Origin: the human T2T-CHM13v2.0 reference genome, Homo sapiens
Length of the DNA: 64,000 nucleotides
NCBI RefSeq assembly: GCF_009914755.1
Contig: NC_060935.1
Direction: 5' to 3' (one strand)
The position numbers were made by a program, and so were the translations under genes. The notes under the pieces are model-generated. The model made no database searches and was not told the DNA's origin. It saw only the letters and a program-made list of their open reading frames with translations. Shown piece after piece: positions 12,901 to 25,800 of the stretch (positions are counted from its first letter, which is position 1; every line of letters starts with the position of its first letter).

Positions 12901-15900
12901 GGGATATTCATTTTTTTCACGTTTGTCCTCAATGAGCTCCCAAATATTCCTTCACAGATTTTACAAAAACAGTGTTTCCATCTTGCTGTATCCAAGGCAA
13001 GGTTCAACTCTGTGAGATGAATGCACATGTCACAAAGCGATTTCCCAGAAATGTTCTCTCTAGTTTTATCTGAAGATATTTTGTTTTTCACCATAAGCCT
13101 CAATGCGCTCCCAAATATCCCTTCACAGATTCTACCAAAACAGTGCTTCCAATTTGCTGAAAGAAAAGAAAGTTTTAACTCTGGGAGTTGACTTCAGACA
13201 TAAAAATGCTGTTTCTTAGATAGCTTCCCTCTAGTTTTTACCTTGGGATATTCACTTTTTCACAATTGGCCTCAAAGAGCTCCCAAATGTCCATTCACAG
13301 AATGGACAAAAACAGTGTTTCCAAACTGCTGAATACAAAGAAAGGTTAACTCTGTGAGACGAATGCACACATCAGAAAGCAGTTTCTCTGAAAGCTTCTT
13401 TGTAGTTTTTAATCTGAAGATATTTCCCTTTTCACCATAGACCTCAATGCACTCCTAAATATCCCTTCACAGATTCTACCAAAACCGTGCTTCCAAACTG
13501 CTGAATGAAAAGAAAGTTTTAACTCCATGAGTTGAATTCACACATCAGACAGGGCTTTATCAGATAGCTTCCTTCTAGTTCTCATCCTGGATTGTTCACT
13601 TTTTTGCCATTGGCCTCAATGAGCTCACAGATACCTTTCATATAGTGCACAAAAACAGTATTTCCAAACTGCTGGATCCAAAAGAAAGGTTTAACTCAGT
13701 GAGATGAATGCACACATCACAAAGCAGTTTCTCAGAATGCTTCCTTCTGGTTTTTATCTGAAGATATCTCCTTTTTCACCTTAGGCCTCAAAGCACTCCC
13801 ATATATCCCTTTGCACATTCTACAAAAGCATTGTTTCCAAACCATTGAATTAAAAGGAAGGTTTCTCAGATAGATTCCTCCTTGTTTTTCTCCTGGTATA
13901 TTCACCTTTTCACCTTTGGCCTCAATGAACTATCAAATAACTGTTTGCATATTTTACAAAAACAGTGTTTCCAAACTATTCAAAGAACTGTTTATCTCTG
14001 TCAGATGAATGCACACATCACAAAGCAGTTTCTCAGGTAGCTTCTTTCTAGGTTTTATTTGAAAATAATTCTCTTTTCACCATAGTCCTCAATGCACTCC
14101 TTGTTATCCCTTCACAGATTCTACAGAAGCATTGATTCCTCATTGCAGAATAAAAAGAAAGGTTTAACTTTTTCTCCAAAGGCCTCAATGTGCTCCCAAG
14201 TATCCCTTCGTGGATTCTGCCTTAATGGTGTTTCTAGATTATTGAATGGAAAGAGAGTTTTAACTCTGTGAGATGCATGCACACATCACAAAATGGTTTC
14301 TCAGATAGCTTCCTTCTAGTTTTTATCCTGGGATATTCCCTTTATTGCTATTGGCCTCAATGAGTCCCAAATGTTCATTCACAGAATGGACAAAAACAGT
14401 GTTTGCAAACTGCTGAATCCACAGAAAGTTTTAACTCCGTGAAGTGAATGCACACATATCAAATCCGTTTCTCAGAAAGCTTCTTTCAAGTTTTATCTGA
14501 AGATAATTCCTTTTAACCACAGGCCTCAATGTTCTCCCTTTGTGTATTCTACCAAAACAGTGTTTCCAAAATGCTGAATGAAAATAAAGATTTTAATCTG
14601 CGAGATGAATGCACACATCCCAAAGCAGTTTGTCGGATAGCTTCCTTCTACTTTTTATCCTGGGATATTCACTTTTTCACATTTGGCATCAATGACGTCC
14701 CAAATATTCCTACGCAGATTCTACAAAAACAGTGTTTCCAAACTGCAGAATGGAAAGAATGAATTAACTCTGTGAGTTGAACGCACATATTACAAAGCAG
14801 TTTCTCAGAAAGCTTCTCCCAGTTTTTATCTGAAGATAATTCCTTTTTCACCATAGGCCTCAATGGGTTCCCAAATATCCCTTCACCAATTCTATGAAAA
14901 CAATGTTTCAAAACTGCTGAATGAAAAGAAAGGTTGAACTCTCTGAGATGAATGCACACAACCTCAAGGCAGTTTTTCAGGTAGCTTCCTTCTAGTTTTT
15001 ATCCTGGGATGTTTGCTTTTTCACCTTTGGCATCTACAAAAACAGTGTTTCCAAACTGCAGAATGGAAAGAATGATTTAACCCTGTGAGATGAATGCACA
15101 CATCACAAAGCAGTTTCTCAGAAAGCTTCTTCTGGTTTTCATCTTAAGATATTTCCTTTTTCACCATAGGCCTGAGTGGGGTCCATAATATCCATTGGCA
15201 GATTCTATGAAAACAGTGTTTTGAAACTGCTGAATGAAAAGAAAGCTTTAACTCTGTGAGATCAATGCACACATCACAAAGTGGTTTCTCAGAAATCTTC
15301 CTTCTAGTTTTTACACTGGGATATTTGATTTTTTGCCTTTGGTCTCAATGAACCCCCAAATATCTCTTTGCAAATTCTACAGGAACAGTGTTTCATAACT
15401 GCTGAATCCAAAGAAAGGTGTAACTCTTTGAGATGAATGAACACATCACAAAGTTGTTTCTCAGAAAGCTTCTTTCAAATTTTATCTAAAGATATTTTCT
15501 TTTTCACCATAGGCCATATTGCCTTCCAAATATGCCTTTGCATATACTTCAAAAACAGTGTTTCCAATCTGTTGAATGAAAAGAAATTTTAACTCTGCCA
15601 GATGAATGCACACATCACAACGTGGTTTCTCAGATATCATTTTTCTAGTTTTTATCCTGAGATGTTCCCTTTCTCACCATTGGCCTCAATGAGCTCCCAA
15701 ATGTCCATTCCCATAATGGACTAAAACAGTGTTTCCAAACTGCTGGATCCAAAGAAATGTATAACTCTGAGATAAAAGCAAACATCATTAAGCAATTCTT
15801 CCGAAAGTGTCTTTCTAGTTTTTATCTGTAGATATTTCCTTTTACACCAAAGGCCTCAACGTGCTCCCAAATATCCCTTTGCTGATACAACAAAAAGAGT

Positions 15901-18900
15901 GTTTCCAAACTGCTGAATGAAAAGAAAAGTTTAACTGTGAGATGAAGGCACACATCACAAAGCGGTTTCCCAGATAGCTTCCTTCTAGTTTTTATCCTGG
16001 GATATTCACTTTTTCACCATTGGCCTCAATGAGATCCCAGATATCCATTAGCAGAATGGGCAAAAAAAGTGTTACCCAACTGCTGAATCCAAACAAAGTT
16101 TTACCTGTATGAGAAGAATGCACATACCCAAACCAGTTTCACATTAAGCTTATTTCTTGTTTTTATTTGAAAATAATGCCTTTTTCACCATAGGCCTCAA
16201 TGTGCTACGAAATATATCTTCACAGATTCTAAGAAAACACTGTTTCCAAACTGCTGAATGAAAAGGAAAGTTAAACTCTGTGACATGAATGCACACATCA
16301 CAAATCATTTTCTCAGATAACTTCCTTCTAGTTTTTATCCTGGGGTATTTGCTTTTTTGCCATTGGCCTCAGTAAGCTCCAAAATGTCCATTCACAGAAT
16401 GGACAAAAACGGTGTTACCAAACTGCTGAATCCAAAGGAAAGTTTAACTCTGTGAGATCAATGAACACATCACAAAACAGTTTCTCAGAAATCTTCTTTC
16501 TAGTTTTTATCTTAAGATACTTCCTTTTCCACCATAGGCACCAATGTGCTGCCAAATATCCTTTCACATTTCCTACAAAAACAGTGTTTCCAAAATGCTA
16601 AATGAAAAGAAAGGTTTAACTCTGCTAGATGAATGCACACATCACAAAGAGTTTTCTCAGATAGCTTCCTTCTAGTTTTAATCCTTGGATATTTTCTTTT
16701 TTCCAATGGCCTCAATGAGCTCCCAAATGTCCATTCATAGAATGGACAAAACAGTGTTTCCAAACTGCTGAATCCAAAGAAAGGTTTAACTCTCTGAGAT
16801 GAATGCACACATCCCAAACCAGTTTGTCATTAAACTTCTTTCTAGTTTTTATTTGATGATATTTCCTTTTTCACCATAGGCCTTTATACACTGCTAAATA
16901 TCCTTTTACAGTTTCTACAAAAACAGTGTTTCCAAACTGCTGAATTAAAAGAAGGGTTTAACTCTGTTAGATGAATGTGCACATCACAAAGTGGTCTCTC
17001 AGATAGCTTCCTTCTAGTTTTAATCCTGAGATATTCTCTTTTTCACCAGTGGCCTCAATGAGCACCAAAACCTTCTTTCGCAGAATGGACAAAAGCAGTG
17101 TTACTGAACTCCTGAATCCAAAGAAAGGCTTAATTCTGTTAGAAGAATGAACACAGCACAAAGCAGTTTCTCAGAAACTTTCTTGCCAGTTTTTATCTGA
17201 ATATATTTCCTTTTTCACCATGGGCCTAAATGTGCTGGCACATATTCTTTCTCAGTTTCCACAAAAGCAGTGTTTCCAAACTGTTGAATGAAAAGAAAGG
17301 TTTAACTGCAATATGAATGCACACATCATAAAGTGGATCCTCAGATAAAATCCTTGTAGTTTTCATCCTGGGATATTCACTTTTTCACCATTGGCCTCAA
17401 AGATCTCCCAAATGTCCTTTTGCAGAATGGACAAAAAGAGTTTTTGCAAACTACTGAATACACAGAATGGTTGAACTCTGTGAGATGAATTCACACAACA
17501 CAAAGCAGTTTCTCAGAAAATTTCTTTCTAGTTTTTATCTGAAGATATTGCCTTTTTCACCACAGGCCTCAAATTGCTCCCAGATATCCCTTCACAGATT
17601 CTACGAAAACACTGTTCCCAAAGGGCTGAATGAAAATAAAGGTTTTACTCTGTGAGATGAATGCACACATCACAAAGGGATTTCTCAGATAGCTTCCTTC
17701 TAGTTTTCATTCTGGGATATTTGCTTTGTTGCCATTGGCCTCAATAAGCTCCAAAACATCAATTCACAGATTTTTTAACAACAATGTTTTCATACTGCTG
17801 AATCCAAAGGAAGATTTAACTCTGTAAGAAGAATACACGCATCACCAAGTGGTTTCTCAGATAGCTTCTTTCTAATTTTTATCTGAAGTTATTTCTTTTT
17901 TCACCATAGGCCTCTAGGCACTCCCAAGTATAACTTCATAGATTTTACAAAACAGTTTCCAAACTGCTGAATGAAAAGAATGTTTTAACTCTGAGAGATG
18001 AATGCACACATCACAAAGTGGTTTCTCACATAGCTTCCTTCTAGTTTTTACCCTGTTATATTCTGTTTTTTCTCTTTGGCTTCATTAAGCCCCCAAATAT
18101 TCCTTAGCATATTCTACAACAGTGTTCTGAACTGCTGAATGCAGTGAGAGATTTAATTCTGTTGGATGAATGCACACTTCACAAAGCAGTTTCATAGAAA
18201 AGTTCTTTCTACTTTTTACTTGAAGTTATTTCCTTTTTCACCTGAAGTTATTTCCTTTTTCACCATAAGCCTCAGTGAGCTCCCAAATACCTTCACAGAT
18301 TCTGTGAAAACAGTGTTTCCATACTGCTGAATGAAACAAAAGCTTTAAGGCTGCAAGATGAATGTTCACATCACAAAGCGGTTCCTCAAGTAGCTTCCTT
18401 CTAGTTTTTATCCTGGGATGTTTGCTTTTTCACCATTGGCCTGTATGAGTGCTCAAATATCTCTTCACAGATGCTACAAGAGCAGTATTTCCAAACTGCC
18501 AAATCCAAAGACAGGTTTAAGTCTGTGAGATGAATGGACCCATCACAAAGCAGTTTCTCCGAAAGCTTCTTTCTAGTTTTTATCTAAAGATATTTCCTTT
18601 TTCACCATAGGCCACAAAGCACTACGAGATATCCCTTTGTGGATTTTCCAAAACAGTGTTTCCAAACTGCTGAATGAAAAGAAAGGTTTAACACTATGAG
18701 ATAAATGCACACATCACAAACCAGCTTCTCAAAGAGCTTTCTTCTAGTTTTTACCCTGGGATATTCACTTCTTCACCGTTGACCTCAATGATCCCTTCAC
18801 AGATTCTACAACAACAGTATTTCCAAAATGCTGAATCAAAAGAAAGTTTTAATTCTTTGTGATATGTGCATCTTTGTGATGGATGCACATATCATAAAGC

Positions 18901-21900
18901 CATTTCTCAGAAATATTCTTTATAGTTTTTTTCTGAAGATATTTCCTTTTTCAACATAGGCCTCAATGTACTCCAAAATATCCCTATGGGGATTCTGCCA
19001 GAGCAGTGTTTCCAGATTGCTGAATGAAAAGCAAGTTTTACTTCTGTGAAGTGAATGCATACATCACAAAACTGTTTCTCAGATAGCTTCCTTCTAGTTT
19101 TTGTCCTGGAATATTTGCTTTTTCACCATTGGCCTAAATGAGCTCTCAAATATCCCCTCACCAATTCAACGACAACAGGATTTCCAAACTGCTGAATCAA
19201 AAGAAAGGTTTAACTCTGGGAGATGAATGCACATATCAAAAAGCAGTTTCCCAGAATGCTTCTTTCTAGTTTTTATCTGAAGATATTTCCTTTTTCACCA
19301 CCAGCCTCAATGTGCTCCCAAATATCTCTTCGTGGATTCTGCCAAAACAGTGTTTACAGACAGGTGTGTCAAAAGAAAGTTTTAACTCTGCGATGTGAAT
19401 GTGCGCATCACAAAGCAGTTTCTCAGATAGCTTCTTTCTAGTTTTTATCTTGGGATATTTTCTTTTTCGCCATTGGCTTCAATGAGCTCCCAAATGTCCA
19501 TTTGCAGAATGGACAATTTGTTGTTTCCAAACTGCTGATTCCACAGAAAGTGTTAACTCTGTGAGATGAATGCACACTTCAGAAATCTGTTCCTCAAGTA
19601 GCTTTCTTCTAGTTTTCATCCTGAAACATTCCCTTTTTTGCCATTGACGTCAAAGAGCTCCAAAATGTCCATCTGCAGTAAGTTTAAAACAGTGTTTGCA
19701 AACTGCTGAATCCACAGAAAGATTTAACTCTGTGAGTTCAACCCACACATCACAAAGCACTTTCTCAGAAAGCTTCTTTCTAGTTTTTATCTGAAGTTAT
19801 TTCCCTTTTCACCACAGGCCTCCGTGCACTCCCAAATATCCCTTCAGAGATTTGGCCATAACAGTGTTTCCATATTGCTGAATGAAAAGTAAGTTTTACT
19901 CTGTGAGGGGAATGCACACATCAGAAAGCTGTTTCTCAGATGGCTTCCTTCTAGTTTTTATCCTTGGATACTCACTTTTTGGCTACTGGTCTCAAAGAGC
20001 TCCCAAAATATTCCTTCACAGATTCTACAAGAACAATGTTTTCAAATCGCTGAATCCACAGAGTGGTTTAACTCTGTGTGGTGAATGCACACATCACAAA
20101 GCAGTTTCTCAGAAAAGTTCTTTCTAGTTTCTATCTGAAGATATTTCCTTTTTCACCGTAAGCTTCAATATACTCCCAGATATCCTTTTGCAGTTTCTAT
20201 GAATACAGTGTTTCCAAACTGCTGAATGAAAAGAAAGGTTTAACTCTGTGAGGTGAATGCATACATCACAAAGCAGTTTCTCAGACATCTTCTTTTTAGT
20301 TTTTATCTGGATATTCTTTTTTTTGCCATTGGCCTCAGTGAGCTCCCAAATGTCCATTTGCAGAATGAACAAAAACTGTGTTTCTAAACTGCTGAATCAA
20401 AAGAAAACTTTGATTCTGTTAGGAGAATGTACACTTCTCAAAGCCGGTTCTTAGAAAGCTTATTTCTAGTTTTTAACTTCACATGTTTTCTTCTTCATAT
20501 TAGGCCTTAATGTGCTCTGAAATATCACTTCACATATTCCACAAAAACAGTGTTTCCAAACTGCTGAATGAAAAGATAGGTTTAACTCTGTGAGATCAAT
20601 GCACACATCACAAAGCACTTTCTCGGATAGCTTCCTTCTAGTTTTTACCCTGGAATATTCACTTCATCGCCATGGGCCTAAATGGGCTCCCACAAGTGCA
20701 TTCACAAAATGGACAAAAACAGTGGTTCCATAGTGCTGAATAAAAGAAAGGTTGAACTCTGTGACATGAATACACACATCACAAAGCAGATTCTCAGAAA
20801 TACTCTTTCCTTTTTTTATCTAAAATATTTTTTCACCATAGGCATGATTGTGCCGCCAAATATTGCTTCACAGATTCTACAAAAACAGCTTTTATAAACT
20901 GCTGAAGGAAAAAGTGAGGTTTAACTCTGTGGGATGAATGTGCACATCACAGAGCAGTTTCTCAGATAGCTTCCTTCTAGTTTTTATTCTGGGATATTCG
21001 CTTTTTCATCATTGTCCTCAATGAGCTCCAAAATGTACATTTGCAGATTGGACAAAAGCAGTGTTTCCAAAATGCTGAGTCAAAAGAAAGTTTTAACTCT
21101 GTGAGATGAATGCACACATCACAAAGCAGTTTCTCCAAAAGCTTTTTCTACTTTTTATCTGAAGATATTTCCTTTTTCAACATAGGCCTCTAAGTACTCC
21201 CAAATATCCCTTTACAGATTTTACAAAAATAGTGTTTTCAAACTGCTAAAAGAAAATAAAGGTTTAACTCTGTGAGATAAATGCACACATCACAAAGCAG
21301 TTACTCAGGTAGCTTCCTTGTGGTTTTTTTTCCTGGGATATTCACTTTTTCACCATAGTCCTCAATGAGCTGCCAAATGTCCATTCACAGAATGGACAAT
21401 AAGAGTGTTTCCAAACTGCTGAATCCAAGAAAGGCTTAAATCTGCGAATTGAATGCACACTTCCAAAGCAGTTTCTCAGAAAGCTTCTTAATTATTTTTA
21501 TCTGAAGATATTTTCCCTTTCACCATAAGCCTCAATGCACTCCCACATATACCTTCACAGATACTACAAAAACAGTGTTGCCAAACTCCTGAATGAAAAC
21601 AAAGCTTTATCTCTGTGAGATGAATGCTTACATCACAAAGTGGTTTATCAGATAGCTTCCTTCCAGTTTTTATCCTGAGATATTTGCTTTTTTGCCATTG
21701 GCCTCAATGATCTCCCAAATGTCCATTCTGGGAATGGACAAAAACAGTGTTTCCAAACTGCTGAATCATAAGACAGTTGTAACTCTGAGATGGCTGCACA
21801 CATCACAAGGTCATTACTCAGATAGCTTTCTTCTAGTTTTTATCCTGGGACTCAATGAGCTCCGAAATGTCCATTCACAGAATGGAAAAAAAAAACAGTG

Positions 21901-22865
21901 TTTCCAAACTGCTGAATCATAAGAAAAGTTTAACTCTGTGAGATGAATGCACACATCACAAAGAAGTTTCTGAGAAAGCTTATTTTCACTTTTTATTGGA
22001 AGATATTTTCTTTTTCACCATACTCCTCATTGCACTCCCAAACATCCCTTTGCAAACCCTTCAAAAACAGTGTTTCCAAACTACTGAATGAAAAGAAAGG
22101 TTTAACTCAGTGAGATGAAGGCACATATTGCAAAGTGGTTTCTCAGATTTCTTCCTTACAGTTTTTATCCTGGAATATTTGCTTTTTCACCCTTGGCATT
22201 GATGAATTCCCAAATGTCTATTCGCAGAATGGACAAGAACAGTGTTTCAAAACTGCTGAATTAGAAGAAAGGATTTGCTCTGCGAGATGAAGACACATAT
22301 AACAAAGCTTTTACTCAGATAGCTTCCTTCTTTTTTATCTTGGTATATTCACTTTTTGTATTAAACCTCAATGGGCTCCCAAATGTTCATGCACAGAATG
22401 GACAAATACAGTCTTTCAAACTGCTGAATAAAAAGGAAGGTTTAACTATGTGAGATGAATGCACATATCACAAAACGTTTTCTCAGATGGATTCCTTCTT
22501 GGTTTTATCCTGGTTTATTCAATTTTTCGACATTGCCCTCAATGAGTTGCCAAATGTCTTCTCACAGAATGAACAAAAACAATGTTTCCAAATTGCTGAA
22601 TCAAAAGAAACTTGTAACTCTTTGAGATGAATGCACACATCATAAAGCAGTTTCTCAGAAAAACTCTTTCTAGTTTTTATATGAAGATACTTTCTTTTTC
22701 ACCTTATGCCTCAATGTGCTTCCAAATATCCCTTCACAGTTTCTACAAAAGGAGTGTTTCCAAACTGCTGAATGAAAAGAAATTTTAACTTTGCAAGGTG
22801 AATACTCACATCAGAAAGTGGTTTCACAGATAACTTTTTTCTAGCTTTTATCCTGGGATAGTCAC
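6953..22865 (-). repeat. Diverged alpha satellite, block 2 (reverse orientation)
   Basis: Same monomers as reverse complement (gtttaactctgtgagatgaatgcacacatcacaaagcagtttctcag). Confidence 0.97.
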
Positions 22866-25800
22866 AGTTTCTGAGAAACTGCTTTGTGTTGTGTGCATTC
22901 ATCTCAAAGAAATAAAACTTTCTTTAGATTCAGAAGTTTGGAAACACTGTTTTTGTCCATTCTGTGAATGAACATTTAGGAGTTTATTGAGGCCAATAGT
23001 GAAAAATCGAATATCCCAGGATAAAAACCAGAAGAAAGCCATAGAAGAAACTACTTTCTGATATGTGTATTCATCTGCAAATTTTACCTTTCTCTTCTTT
23101 CAGCAGTGCAGAAAAACTTTTTTTGTATAATCTGCAAAGTGGTATATGAGAGCTCATTGAGGCTTAGGATGAAAAGAAATTATCCTCAAATAAGAACTAG
23201 AAAGAAGCTTTCTGAGAAACTGCTTCATGATGTGTGCATTCATCTCACAGAGTTAAACATTTCTTTGGATTCAGCAGTTTGGAATCACGGGTTTCATTCA
23301 CTCTATGAAATGATATTTGGGAGCTCACAGAGGACAATGGTAAAAAACTGAATACCCCAAATAAAACTGGAAGGAAGCTGAGAAACCTCTTTGTCATGTG
23401 TGCATTCAAGTCACAAAGTTAAACCTTTCTTTTCACTCAGCAGTTTGGAAAAACTTTTTTTCTAGAATCTGTGAAGGCATATTTTGGAGTGCATTGAGGA
23501 CTATGGTCAAAAAGAAAGTATCTTCTGACAAAAAATAGAAAGAAACTCTCTGATAAACTTATTTGTGATGTGTGCATTCATCTCACCTAGGTAAAACTTT
23601 CTTCTCATTCAGCAGATTGGAAATACTTTTTGTAGAATCTGCAAAGGGATATTTGTGGTGCATTGAGGTCAATGGTTAAAAAGGAAATTTCTACAGATGA
23701 AAACAAGAAAGAAGCTTTCTTAGAAATGGCTTTGTGATGTGTGCATTCATCTCTGAGTTCATCTTTTCTTTTGATATGGCAGTTTGGAAATGCTGTTTAT
23801 TTCCATGGGGAAATAGAAAATGTCTTCAGAGAAAAACTACAAAGAAGATTTCTGAGAAACTGTTTTATGATATGTGCATATATCTCACAGAGTTAAATTT
23901 TTCTTTTAATTCATCCGTTTGTAAATCCTTTGTTTGTTCATTATGCAAATTTACATTTGGGAGCTCATTGAGGCCAATGGTGAAAATGCGAATGTTCCAG
24001 GATAAAAACAAGAATTAAGCTATCTGAGGAACTGCTTTGTCATATGTGCATTCATCTCACAGAGCTAAACTTTTCTTTTGACTCAACATTTTGGAAACAC
24101 TGTATTTGAAGCATCTGCGAAGGGATATTTGGTAGTGCATTGAGGCCAAATGGTGAAAGAGAAAATATCTTCAGATAAAAACTAGAAAGAAACATTCTGA
24201 GAAACTGCTTGTGATATGTGTATTCATCTCACAAAGTTAAAACTTTCTTCGGATTCAGCGGCTGTTTGGAAATACTGTTTTTGTCCATTTTGTGAATGGA
24301 CTTTTGGGAGCTCATTGAGGCCAAAGGCAAAAAAGCAAATATCCCAGTATAAAAACTAGAAGGAAGCTATCTGAGAAATGACTTTATAATGCATACATTC
24401 ATCTTGCAGAGCTAAACCTTTTCTTTCATTTAACAGTTTGGAAACATTGTTTTTTGTAGAATCTGTGAAGGGATATTTCAGAGTGCTTTGAGGCCTATGG
24501 TGAAAAAGGAAACGTCTTCAGATAAAAACTAGAAAGAAGCTTTCTGAGAAACTGCTTTGTGATGTGTGCATTCATCTCACAGAGTTAAAACTTTTTTTTG
24601 ATTCAGCAGTTTGAAAACACTATTTTTGTCCATTCTGCAAATGGATCTTTGGGAGCTGATTGAGGCCAATTGCAAAAAAGTGAATATCCCAGAATAAAAA
24701 CTAGAAGGAAGCTGTCTGAGAAACCGCTTCATGATGTGCACATTCATCTCACAGAGTTAAACATTTCCTTCCATTCAGCACTTTGGAAACACTATTTTTG
24801 CAGTTTCTGTGAAGGGATATTTGGGAATACATTGAGGCCTTTGGTGAAAAGGAAATATCTTCAAATAAAAAATAGAAGTAAGGTTTCTGTGAAACGTCTT
24901 TATGGTGTGTGCATTCCTCTCACAGATTTAAAACTTTCTTTCAGTTTATCAGTTTGGAAACTGGTTTTGTACATTCTGTGAGTGGACATTTGGGAGCTCA
25001 TTGAGGTGAATGGTGAAAAAGCAAATATCCCAGGATAAAAAGAGAAGGAAGCTACCTAAGAAGCCCCTTTGTGATGTGTGCATTCATCTCACAGCATTAA
25101 AACTTTCTTTTCATTAACTAGTTTGGAAACACTGTTTTCGTATATTCTGTGAAGGAATATTTAAGAGTGTACTGGGGCCTACAGTGAAAAATTAAACATC
25201 TTCAGATAAAAACTAGAAAGAGGCTTCCTGACAAATTCCTTTCTGATGTGTGCATTCATCTCACGAAGTTAAACTTTTCTTTGGATTCATCTGTTTGGAA
25301 ACACTGTTTCTGTCCATACTGCAAATCAACAATTCAGAACTGATTGAGGTCAATGGCAAAAAAGAGAATATACCGGGATAAAAACTAGAAGAAATGTACC
25401 TGAGAAACCGTTTTGTGATGTGTGCACTCATCTCACAGATTTAAACCTTTCTTTTCATTCAGCAGTTTGGAAAAAATGATTTTGTAGAGTCTGCAAAGGG
25501 ATATTTGGGAGTGCCTTGAGGCCTATGGTTAAAAAGGAAACATCTTCAGACAAAAACTGGAAAGAAGTTATCTGAGAAACTGCTTTTTGCTGTGTACATT
25601 CGTCTTAGAGATTTAAACACTTCTTTGAATTCTGCAGTGTGGAAAGACTGTTTATGTCCCTTCTCTGAATAGACATGTGGGAGCTCATTGATGCCAATGG
25701 CAAAAAAAGGGAATATCCCAGGATAAAATCTAATGGGAACCTATCTGAGGAACTGCTTTGAGATGTGTACATTCATCTCACTGCAATAAAATTTTCTTTT

